A stretch of DNA of 60,559 nucleotides from Bigelowiella natans CCMP2755 (taxonomy: Eukaryota; Protista; Cercozoa), in assembly GCA_000320545.1 (NCBI GenBank), contig ADNK01003253.1, forward strand, positions 1 through 60,559, given 5' to 3'. Position 1 is the first letter of the stretch, and each line of letters begins with the position of its first letter. The notes under the pieces are model-generated. The model was not told where the DNA came from and did no database searches. It worked only from the letters and a program-made list of their open reading frames with translations. Positions 15,529-27,360 of this stretch are shown here, piece after piece. The position numbers were made by a program, and so were the translations under genes.

Positions 15529-16146
15529 CTAAGTAATATTGCGTAGCTTTGAATAAGCAAATACACACTTTATTATTAATGATCCCCCATTAATATAACC
15601 TACCTTTTTTCCTCATTTCTTTGAATATAGCCTCAACCTTCTCTGGCAATCCGCATCTATTCATATTCGTGTATGGAGGAAGAAGGGGAGAGAGCAACAT
15701 TGAAATGAGGGCTATTTATTTGTGTATGGAAGAGGAGCGAAAGATAATTATTCAACGGGGTAATGATGATGATGATAATGATGATGATGATGATACTCAG
15801 AACTAATACTGAAGCTGTTCTCAACTACCACTCGAAAATAATAATAATAATAAATAATAATTATAAAATACTGCTTACTTCGCATAAAGATTGATGATAC
15901 TCACGTAGCAAATTGAATCAGGTGATAGTTCCTATACAAAGCAGAAGAAGAAGAAGAAGAAGAAGAAGAAGAAATAGTAAAATAGAAGGAACATAAGGCA
16001 TGAAAAACAAAAAGAATAACATTAAGTTGTAAGTAGTAGTGGTGATTGCTGTTGTTGTTTTGTAATTGAAGTAGTAGTAGCAGCTACAAAATTGATTGGA
16101 CGACTAGTAGTAGTAGTAGTATTGATAATAGTAGCACACTACTACA

Positions 16147-16188
<42 letters not shown>

Positions 16189-16450
16189 CAAGAATGGCAC
16201 GCTGGAAATAGACTGCTGCTGCTGCTGCTGCTTTCTATGATAGGTATCACGACATTATCCAACAAAGCGCGTATATGCTCTTGATCATCACCATCATATA
16301 TTGAGATATTTTGAGATGTTTGTTTCACGCTAATAACATTCATCATATCAGATATATTCATTTCAGGTGAATAATATCTGTATGCTCATCATCATCATAT
16401 TCATCATATCAGATTTATACATTTCAGGTGATTAATATCCGTATGCTCTT

Positions 16451-16482
<32 letters not shown>

Positions 16483-17072
16483 TATCATTAATATCGACAT
16501 TATTCACCTTCCGTGCCTTTAATTCTTTCCACCTATAATCAAATTAGAATTAGAACAACAATGTGTGAATATTATAGTTATAATTAGAACAACAATGTTT
16601 GCATCAGCCACCCCTTCATTCATCATCATCAAGGTGATTATTCCTCCTCCTCCTCCTTTTTCTCTTTTTTCTAAGCTACCTACTACTATCACCACCACCA
16701 CCACTACTACTACTACTACTATTACTTCCACTACCATAATTCTCCTTGTTGCAAATTAATACTCTTGGCACAAGCTAAATGATATGCAAAAACAAGTAAA
16801 AAGAGTAGTAGTAGTAATAGTGGTAGTTTGTAGTAGTAATAAGTTTAATAGGAAAATTTGGAACAGTTACTATTACTACTACTACTGCTACTATTACTAC
16901 TACTACTACTACTACTACTCCTCCTCCTATCACATAACAGCTATTGCGTACTATGACTCTACTACATATATGATAATATGCACTCCTGCTACTGACCATG
17001 AAGCAACGATCCATACGTGATGAGATCAGCATTCACACCATTCTTCCTCATCTATATGGTAAATTAGAAACA

Positions 17073-17124
<52 letters not shown>

Positions 17125-17521
17125 AGATGGACAAATATGTTTTACATACACCACCACCACCACCACCACACCAGATACTACTACTAGTATGTAATAAATG
17201 GATTATGAATGCTATCTACCATGTGATACTACTTGTATATTATAATAAATGGATTATAAATGCTATCTAAAGTGTGTGCTTGTTTCCCTCTTTTGGCTTT
17301 CCTTTGCGGCAGTTTGTTACTAATCGTACTACTACGTGACCGCCCATAAAAGGGAGGAGGTAGTGACTAGTGTGACTACTACTACTTCTCCTCAGTAGTT
17401 ATCATCGTCTCTCGAAAAGCTTTACCTCCTCTTACTACTACTACTACTGCTACTACTACTACTGTTCTCTCGTTCATCGCCATCATCCCTACTGCTACTG
17501 CTACTGCTACTGCTACTGCTA

Positions 17522-17556
<35 letters not shown>

Positions 17557-17642
17557 ACTCGATCATTATAATTCAAGAAGAAGGAAACACACACCACATC
17601 ACACATCCAAATAGAGTGAATCAGAATCAAAATACTGTAGTA

Positions 17643-17673
<31 letters not shown>

Positions 17674-19464
17674 GTAGTAGTAGTAGCAGTTATTGCTGTT
17701 GTTGCTAGTACCTTTTCATACCACAGGTTGACTCCTTCAACATCACCATCATCAGCAAGATCCGCCATCATCATATTAAATGTCTATTAAAAGTAGGAAG
17801 TGGTAGTAGTAGTAGTAGCAGTAGCAGCAACAAAAGGGAGACGACTTAAATTTGATGATACTACCATGCTACTAAGGCCTAATTTTCTTAACACTACTAC
17901 GTTAGCTGTTACTACTACGACATTACATACTACATTCTCCTTTTTCTTTTCTCCTTCTCCACCTCCTCCTTTTTACCTCCTCCTCCTCCTTAACCCCCAC
18001 AATACTACTAATATTACTACCTCCTCCTCCTCCTCAACCCCCACAATACTAAAGGCTACTAACTTTGTAAATCAGTTAGTTGGTTAGTTACCGCTGCATC
18101 AGACGATTTCAAGGGCTGCTGCTGGTGCTGCTGCTGCTGCTGGTGGTGGTGGTGGCGCTTTGTTGTTGTTGTTGCTGTTGTTGTTGTTGTCTCAAGCTGG
18201 TACTTCCTCCTCCCATGCTGTCATGCAGTAATATATATTATGTTAATTATGTATTCGGTGTATTTGGTTGAGTAGATAGCATCATATGAATCATATTAAC
18301 TACAGTACGATTATCTCTGCAACCTTGCATCAGCAACATTACCGCTGAATAATAAAAATAATACCTCGGATACTATGTTAATGTATTGACTATCTTACTG
18401 CAAGTAGTAGTAGCTACTACAGTGCTACTTACTACTACTACGAGTAGTAGTAGTAGTATCTTGCAACACCACCTCTTCGTTATTCTGACTCTGGATTATT
18501 CCGATATCCAACATTCTTATGAAGAAGAAGAAGAAGAAGAAGAAGAAGAAGAAGGAGAAGAACAAGAAGAAGTTGGGGACCAGAATAGAAATACCAATTA
18601 TAAGAAGTAATGATGATTGCCACCATCACTTATTACACATTTATGCTCAGGCAGTGCTAATACATAAATTTATGTATGTAGTAGGAAAGAGATATCCAAT
18701 GTAGTAGTAGTAGTGGTAGTAGCAGTAGCAGTTTCCCAGATGGTGCTAACCATCTCTCTAATATGCTAATTACTGCATCACTGCTACTAATACTACTACT
18801 ATTACTACTCCTACTACTACCACTGTGTGATCTAATGCTGCTGCTGCTTTGTATGTTAATTATACTATTTAAATAATACTACTAACACAGCAGCTACTGG
18901 TAACCTTTCGATGTACTCTTCGGCTTTATCTTGCTTCCTGGTACAAATAGAAATCAGGCACTACTGGCACTACTGCTACCTTGAATGAATGATGATAATC
19001 ACCACAATGATTGATTGTATAGTTGTATAAGTGTAGTATACTTTGTTCCTTCTCCACCTCCATCATCATTTTCTATGATATTTTTGTGTACATTTAATAT
19101 ACACACTAAGAAATGCTATCATATGTGTATTTAATGTCCACACATACCCTTGCTTAAGAAATGCTTGAATTATTTTTCCATAAGTTCTGAGTAGTTATTA
19201 GTAATAATGAGTGGGTGAATGATGAGATGGAAAACTGATGGTGATGGTTGGTAATAATGGTGATTCCGAAGTAGTAATTAATGAGGGTGATGGTGATGGT
19301 GATAATGATGATGGTGAGAAGGAGGAGGAGGAGTAGGAGGAGGAGGAGGAGTATGCGGAAGAGGAGAAGGCGCTTGCATGAGAATGGTCATTACTACGAC
19401 CAAAAGAAGGTTGTTGTCATCAATGAGGCTACTACTATCATCAACTTTACATTACAAATAATGC

Positions 19465-19510
<46 letters not shown>

Positions 19511-20489
19511 TGAAACTGTAGTAAATCAGTGAAAATATGGTGGTAATGTAGTTGAGGATGTGAAAAACAACAAACAAAACACAAACACCGAGTAGTAAGT
19601 ACTTACTTTCTTGAAGGGGGAACACCTTTTCCTTCCTGTTGAAGTAGTAGTATTAGTTACGATATTATAATAACAGAGAAAGAGCACTCACTTAAAATTG
19701 TGCATATCATCCTACTACATGAGCTAGACTACATGTCTAGGTGGCTGCAGGAGTTTTATTATTCATTCATTCATTCATTGTTGCTCCGTTACAACTACCA
19801 TCTCATTTAGGTACTTTTCGGCCAAATCGCCATCACCGATATTAGCAAGGGCCTATTGATGTTTGTGGTTCTTCTGTGAGATGATGTAATTGGACGAAAG
19901 AGAGTGGTTATTAACTACGGTACGATAAATGTGAAAGTAGTAGTAGTAGAGGATTATATTTCTGCATCATCATCATAGCTTACCACAAATACCACCTTGA
20001 AATATGTATTGTGAATTAGAAGAGGCTTTTTATCTTTCAGAAGCAGCAGCTTCTCCCTGAGGGACTGTACCTTAAGAACGAACAGCGAAGAAAAGGACAT
20101 TATCATCTTAGTAGGTGATCTCAAGCTCCTGGTGGTACATATACTATACATATTCGATAATAGGATGCTGTTACTAATCCTTGCTCTAACATTGAGGATA
20201 AATCCTTATGCAGAAGAAAAAAATATTGGGTGCAAAAAAATGAGCAGCCGCCACCAAGATTATTTAGAGGGTGGTCGACTTTCAATGACGAAAAGTACTG
20301 CTATGCTACTTTCTCAAGATCTTGAGCAGTCTTAGCATTTGATGCATGGTCATGATATATTTCGAGAAGCTTGTCTGATTCATTATTTGATGATGATGAT
20401 GACGACGATGCGAACTTGTTTGTCATCATTTTAAATCTTGCCCTTCTCGCATACGACTTGGAGAGGCCTCTGATCATCCATTGCCGCAT
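8838..20489 (-). CDS. Pentatricopeptide-repeat (PPR) protein, probably organelle-targeted, encoded by many small exons
   Basis: Minus-strand exons translate to canonical PPR motifs: 11253-11142 LKPDVVTYTSVINAWAKSNNIEQMIRCFKEMQDQELQ, about 10590-10540 DVKANVVTYNTMLRIY, about 14165-14108 GIQPTPHAYTVLIHAWAIV, about 15656-15604 CGLPEKVEAIFKEMRKK, about 11750-11690 VEPDHHTFTELINIYG. Last exon ETILDEVLGDRRNKPSQAK then TAA at 8840-8838. The candidate first exon at 20489 (MRQWMIRGLSKSYARRARFKMMTNKFASSS) is Arg/Ser-rich like a mitochondrial transit peptide. The 5' end and a single-gene model are inferred. Confidence 0.8.
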
Positions 20490-21174
20490 TTTCTATCTCT
20501 TCGACGAAATTATTGTTCCTAATTGCGCATATTTCGAAGTTGTGCTGATATGTCCTCCCCCGTTTGTTCGCTTGTTAAAGTAATGATACGGTGGGTGAGG
20601 GGGGTGCTCGAAAAAGCAGGTGCTCCTTCCTACTTCTTTACATTCAACTTTGGAGTTCTTTCTTTCTTTCTCTACACATGTAGATCTTACGAATACGACC
20701 ACTTTTAATGGAAATAATCAGCTTATACCTCCCACTATTACTTTCCTACGACATGGAAACCAGCTTGTCTCTGTTAAGCTGCTGGCAAGTATCCTCCTTG
20801 TGCTATTACTTTCCTACTAAGACATGGAAAGCAGCTTGTCTCTACTGTCTATTATCCCCCTTCCTAAATTTGTAAGTAAGGTCTGATTCGCCACTGCGAC
20901 TCGTAGATCTACCGTAACTACGAGACAAAATATCACATCATCATCATCATCATCATCATCGGGACAGCAGGAATATAAGCCGTTTCGTAGTTACGACAAT
21001 ACTTTCTTTGTTCCGAATTTTAATTCGCCGAATACATTCGGGTTTGCTCCCCCAACGGCTTCTCTCCTCCTCCCTCCCCGACTACGACAAGAAGCTAATA
21101 TCTAATCTGAGATACTGATCTGCCTTTACAGCAGCAGCTGCTAAGTATTATAGCACTCTAGAGTATAAATCCAA

Positions 21175-24100
21175 ATGTCGGTCAATGCTTCTTACCTGCG
21201 ATTGGGAAACGAGACGAAAGAAAGTGGGACAAGCGGGGTAGTATCTAATCGTAACAGTGGAAGTGGTTGTTCGGGCACAGCAGTTTCATCTCCCTCCAGT
21301 GTAACACGGTCAACTCGCCTCGGATCAACGCAATACCTCTGGGAGTTTCCTGGGTATAAGTTCGCGTCGTCAGACAGAATAGTCGCGATGGGAAAATTTA
21401 TAAAAGCATCATTCATTCATTCATTCATTCATTCACACTTTTCGCACATTACCATCATCATTTTTATCGTTGCATGGTTCGTATGAATCCAAAGCTACTA
21501 CCAGTGCATTCGATAAATTTCGTTTTGAGGAAAACGATTAACTATTTAGATATGGTAAAGTGCACAAAGTCACTGGGCTAGAGGCTGATGAGCAAAAGGG
21601 AAATGATTATGACAGAATGAAACACCACCACCAAGAGCTGCTTCTCGGAGAACTTCCTGCCACAGCAATATGTGGAAATGATATTACCTCTTCTTGCCTG
21701 TACGTATGCGGTCTTTGTGCCGCTGATGCAGGTAATAGTAGTGCAACACCTACCACTATTCCTCTCCCCGTTACACAGAATTTCATTTCCTTAAGCATAT
21801 AAATTCATTGACATATATTTCTATTTCTTCGGATAAATCAAGGGGTAATTGTGCAAGTACCACACACTTATAATACTACTTACCTACCTACTACCGCAAT
21901 ATTAGAATAGCACATCATAATAATACAAAAGAAATACTCTCAATAATTCAATTCACAGTACTCCTCCTCATGTAGGTGTTTGGGCTCCTCTTTCTGTTGG
22001 TCTCGTAATTGCGACACTTTATTTGTTTCGACGCGTATATGTAGAGGTATTAGTAGTAGCAAGGGGGGTTGGGAGATGATGTAGCTGATGTACATACCAT
22101 CATCATAATACCATTGAGATGCATGATTATATTGCCCATAGTTAATGAGGATGATCATAATGATGGTACGGGTGGAATAATAAAATAAACATTGGGTTGA
22201 CCTTTATGTGATAACAACTTGGAATCCTTCAACTTGTTTCAATTGAATATTCCCCACACAAATGAAAATAACTTTGATGTCTAAGGTATGCACAGCTTTA
22301 CCTATGAACGGAGGAACCTTCAATGTCTTATTGCACACAACAACCAAAAAACTTGCGGCAGCCGCTGCATGCATGAGTATTCTCTCTTACGTCGCTACTG
22401 GGGTCGTATCAGCGTCTGAAGCTGTCAACTATTTATCTGAGATTTGGTTGTACTAAAGAATAAATGTTGGTTGTACTAAAAATAGATGATCAACCCCTTC
22501 CTATTTATCTGATGTTTGTACTAAAGAATAAATGGTCAACCCCTTCCTTTAATGACGACGTCGCCGTCTATTTGTTGAGCCTTCTTAGAGTAAATAAATC
22601 GATCATAGGTCTGCATGTCCAGTACACCTGCTCACTGTTGTACTTCTGGCTGTTTTTGCATTCCTCAACTTGATTGGAATATCAGAATCAGCAGGTAGTA
22701 CATAATAACATTTTTGGTTGTTCAGCCTAAGAATGTGAAAGCTAAATGTGCTAGTTGATAGTTTGTGTTAAATTTGCTACTACTTGGGGGGCTGCTTCTA
22801 TTCAAAACAAACAACACAGAGCATGTTTTTAACACAGCGAGTTGATTTTGAAAAAAAAGTTTAAGTATCTTCCATGGTAACCTTTTGATATATCTGTGCT
22901 GCTTCTTTGTACGATGGATATAGGGGCCGCAATTGGAATATTTGCAATCCACACTACAACTTTGATAATTCTCTTTGTGGCATCGATTTTGCACATTTCA
23001 AAGCATGGAATCTCCCAGCTAAATGATTCTTACCATAGTCAAGAGCAGACAGGGGTGGCAAGGGCAATTTTCTTTGGATTTGGTGACTAAAATTTATAAG
23101 TTCAGAGATAAGAAATGTTGTTAAATTCACTTAACAACGGATGCTAAATAAGATTTTGAAAAATTCAAAGATGATTTAAAATAAAATTGAGCTAAGTAAG
23201 TGCTTACGACTCCCCTATTTTAAATAAAATTCAGTAAAGTAAGTGGTAGGATTATTCTCCTTAAAACTACTACTACTGGCACTACTACTACTGCTACTGC
23301 TACTACTTCATCTGCTTATAATCCTAACAAGAACAACCCTGCAAGCAGCAGCAGCAGAAGTAATACATACATACATACTACTATTTAGGAACAGCCATGC
23401 TAGGGGTCTCTGGGTTTGAAAGCAGTGCTCAATTTATTGAAGAGCAAAAACCAGGAGTATTTGAAAAGACATTGCGCAATATGTGGATTGCTGTAGCCTT
23501 GATAAATCCTACAATTACGTTCTTGGCTCTTTGCGTTATACCCCTCGAGGATATTAAGACTGAGTACTGCTACTACTATTACCACTACTACTAATAATAA
23601 TAATACTAGTTGATCAGTAGTGATATCAAGTATGACAACACGATGATGATGATGATGATGATGATGATGTGCTGCATGATGACTTATCGTTGAAATTAGA
23701 AGAGGACAACTATAATTACATTGCATGTTGAAATAGTGCTAACAACTAATAGGAGCTGTAGTAAGTAGTATTAGTAGCACAGAAATAAAGATGAAGAGTT
23801 GTTCTCGAATTTGCTACTCCCTACCAATCTGTCATCCATTCTGTTGATTTCTGCTCAACCCTAGTAGCCAGTCTGTCAGTCATTCAGTCAGTCAGTCGTC
23901 TCTCTTGGGATCTTATGACTTCATCAACTAAAATATTTCCAGATATAAGCTCACACTACTTGCTCGTCTTGGCCATGTTACTGGAGGTGAATGGCTCCGG
24001 TATCTTGTATCAATCGACGCGTTTTTAGTGCTCTCTGGCGCAGTCTTGACGGCTTATGTTGGTGTCGTGGGATTGATACGCCGTCTATCATTGGATGCGT

Positions 24101-24743
24101 GCATGCCTGAGTAATTGCTTCTTCTACTACTACTATCACCACTACTACTACTACTATCACTACCACTACTACTTCGCCAACTTCGCCTAGTTGTATAGTT
24201 GTGCCATAATTAATAATCTATGGAATTTATGTGGTTTTAGCATCATCATCATCATCATCATCATCGTCGTCGTCGTCGTAGGTTTCTACTGGCAAGGAAC
24301 AAGCTCAGAGATACAAACCACTACATTATTATTGGTTTCTTCCTCATCTGTACCTCGATGTTCTTCATTCTCAATGGTGATGCTTCAACCCTCTCCAAGG
24401 TAAGTAGAAGTAATACTCTCAAGTAACAAATACACCAGTGATCCTGTATAGTTTCACGAGAGGAAGTTATTGATAAAGCCTAAACAATTCTTAACAGTGG
24501 CGTATGCGTACTGAAATACACAGAGAACTTGAATAGATATTTATATGGGTTCAGGTATATTCGGTGTGCTTTCTTGGATTAATGATCATGTTCTGGTGAG
24601 GAGATCTATACCATTATTATTCCCATAAATAAAGAAAAGATCGTAGTCATCATCTAACGTTTCTTTGTTTTGTATAATAATAGCATTGGAAACCTCATGC
24701 TCAAGACGAAACGAGGCCAGTTACGTCGTGACACGGAAGTATT

Positions 24744-24774
<31 letters not shown>

Positions 24775-24856
24775 GTCGAAATTTTGCCCTTATTTTGAAT
24801 GGCACGGTGCAGCTAGTTGATTTAAAAACACACACAAACACACACACACACACACG

Positions 24857-24891
<35 letters not shown>

Positions 24892-25567
24892 GTATATATT
24901 ATTTTACATATCCACTTATTGGTTATACTATATCTAGCCCCCCATAATCCAAGACACGATATATGTCTTAGAACTACAGCACGCCCCAAAATATTCTTCT
25001 TCCACTTCTACTTCTTCCTCTTCTTCTTCTTCCTTCTGAGATCCACCCTCTCTGCTTGATTGAACTTCATACTACATCAGTACATAATGTTGTTATCATT
25101 GCAGGCTCCTGTTTGGTCAGTAATAATCGGCCTTTTAATGGTTATTTGGGGTCTCTCTGCCACAATCGCCAAGAACAACTCTGTGTTGTCTATCTTTGCC
25201 ATATATTATTCTGGTACTTTTGTACTAGTAGGTATAATGTTCTTTCGAATGCAGGTAATTTATATTTGATATGTGTATGCTCATCTTACTTGATTCGTTC
25301 ATCTAGTCAATCTTTTCAAAGTAACGTAACAAAACCATACACAAATTAATTATTTAGAGATACTACTACTAATATTTGTACTATTATGTTGTTGTTGCAG
25401 GTAATGCGGTGGACTCATCGATTCTTGGCAAGCATGTTACAGTCAGATCACTACATCATCACTTCTATGGAAGATTATCTCAGAAAGATGTCCAATCGTC
25501 CTCTCATATTCTTCATGAAGGTGAGAAATAAGCGGATCATACGGCGGTGCTGCAACAATCGTCATGG

Positions 25568-25606
<39 letters not shown>

Positions 25607-26923
25607 GCACACATATGCACACATATGCACACATATGCACACATATGCACACATATGCACACATATGCACAAATACATGTTGCTACAATGTTGCAAAAAT
25701 TATTGAGACGCAGCAGCAGCAGCAGCATCATTTAATTGCACATTAATTAGTGTTCTGTGGTCCTCATGTCTACCTTGGCAATCCAGCACACACATACACA
25801 CAATTCTATTCTCCTCATTATGTCCTTCGCAATCCAGCACAATGCACACAACATGCACATAAGTACATAATACACCTGGTTTGCTGTTGTTCCATTAGGG
25901 AGATTCGGCGAGGATGCTAAATAAAGCTTTGCTTTACATCCGAGATAATGAGGACACGCAGTTTGTAAAAATTGTTCATTTCAAAGATGCAGAATCGGTT
26001 GTGCTGACAGATTCAACGTTGAAGTTATTATTTTCTTCTTGAGTTGACTGAAATTCGTGAAAGATAATCTGTCATTTTCTTGAGTTCATTGAAATATGTC
26101 AAAGATGATCTTGATTTGAAAAACAGTTTTTCCCGAATACTAGGCTTGCTGTTGGGCCCATATTGTCATTATTACCATTATTGAAATCGTTATTTTTACA
26201 CGCGAATAATACAAACACATGTGTTCTATCTGCAAATATGATGATGTTGATGATGATGCCTACGCTATCATTGTAGGCAATACCTCCAAAGCTGGAAGAG
26301 CATGTCAATTTCCTCGACAAAGTTTATCCCAAATATAAGGCAATAATATTCCAAATTCTGTAGTGTTAATAGTGTTTGAAGCATAGATACGCTATTTTGA
26401 AAAACAATCATGATTTTGGTGTTATGCTAAGCGCTCAAAATATAGTATAGAATGTATTTACTTGATAGATCTCTTCAGCATACAGAAATATAAAATCTTT
26501 GGTAATTGCACTTATCTTCCTACTTTTTTTTTCCAGATTGATCTTGTGATTGTTGACGGAAATTTTACTTCTAAAAATGTGTTTCTTCTCTCCAAAAAAC
26601 TGGATATTCCAAAGTAATTTTTAGCATTTGTACCGTTGTTATGACATGTCTAGTTGAGACTACTATAATTGCATAAGAAGAGCGATGTCTAAGTGTGTTA
26701 GTGGGGTTATTTGCTTCACTGAATTTTATAGCCTCTGTGTTTCCACTTTGATATTTATTGTTGTAGTACACATGTTGGCACGATGATTTGATGCATCATC
26801 ATTTGTGTTTTTGAATTATGACGACATGTAACGAGAAGGAATCGAATGTTCATGGCTTGTCCCAGTACCAATTTTGAAGGGACAGTTGCTTCTCTTGGGG
26901 GTGTTCGTGTCATTACCCATTGA
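21175..26923 (+). CDS. APC superfamily amino-acid permease with soluble C-terminal domain (multi-exon)
   Basis: Spliced exons carry family motifs ATAICGNDITSSCLY, ALPMNGGTFNVLLHTTTK, AMLGVSGFESSAQFIEEQKPGVFEKTLRNMW, DAFLVLSGAVLTAYVGVVGLIRRLSLDACMP and LNKALLYIRDNE. Terminal exon NRMFMACPSTNFEGTVASLGGVRVITH then TGA (26921-26923). Confidence 0.9.
25599..25670. repeat. 10-bp minisatellite (ACACATATGC) x7, next to a (CA)n tract in an APC permease intron
   Basis: Directly visible tandem repeat. Confidence 0.9.
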
Positions 26924-27360
26924 ACAAACCAGCAGTCTATCGTTTCTGGATGTTGGAGTATTGTTCCGAGTCCCATCTACTGCATGATTCATTGAAGTAC
27001 CCATTGACAGAGTTGTTGGTACATTCATGTGCTGTGGATTTTCCATTTCAAGAGCTATCAATATTTTTATCGTTTCAGCAGTATCACAGTCTATCATAGT
27101 GACTGAGAGGTGACTGAGAAAAAATATTCTGACTAATGACATTTAAAGCATCACGATTCATCATGTGCTAGGTCGCGCTCTCTTTCTCTCATTTGTGTAG
27201 CGATTGGATCGATGCTCTGAGTGCCCAGCAGCAGTACGTACTTCATCCCTGTGAGTTTCTTCTTGATAAGGTGTCTAAGAAATGAGTTGTAGTGCGCCAA
27301 ACGTGCGGCTAGCTAGCTACAGCTACATGTTGTTGGAGCTGCTAGGCCATGGGCGCTAGC

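Noticed and set aside
993-19532. Many short homopolymer-rich ORFs (poly-M, Y, L, V, THTH, YIYI)
   Set aside because: They are translations of intronic microsatellites.
20301-20702. In-frame TAG between two minus-strand ORFs, hinting at stop-codon reassignment
   Set aside because: It is better explained as 5' UTR plus first exon of the PPR gene. Inferred genes here end in TAA, TGA and TAG, and long exons have no internal stops, consistent with the standard code.
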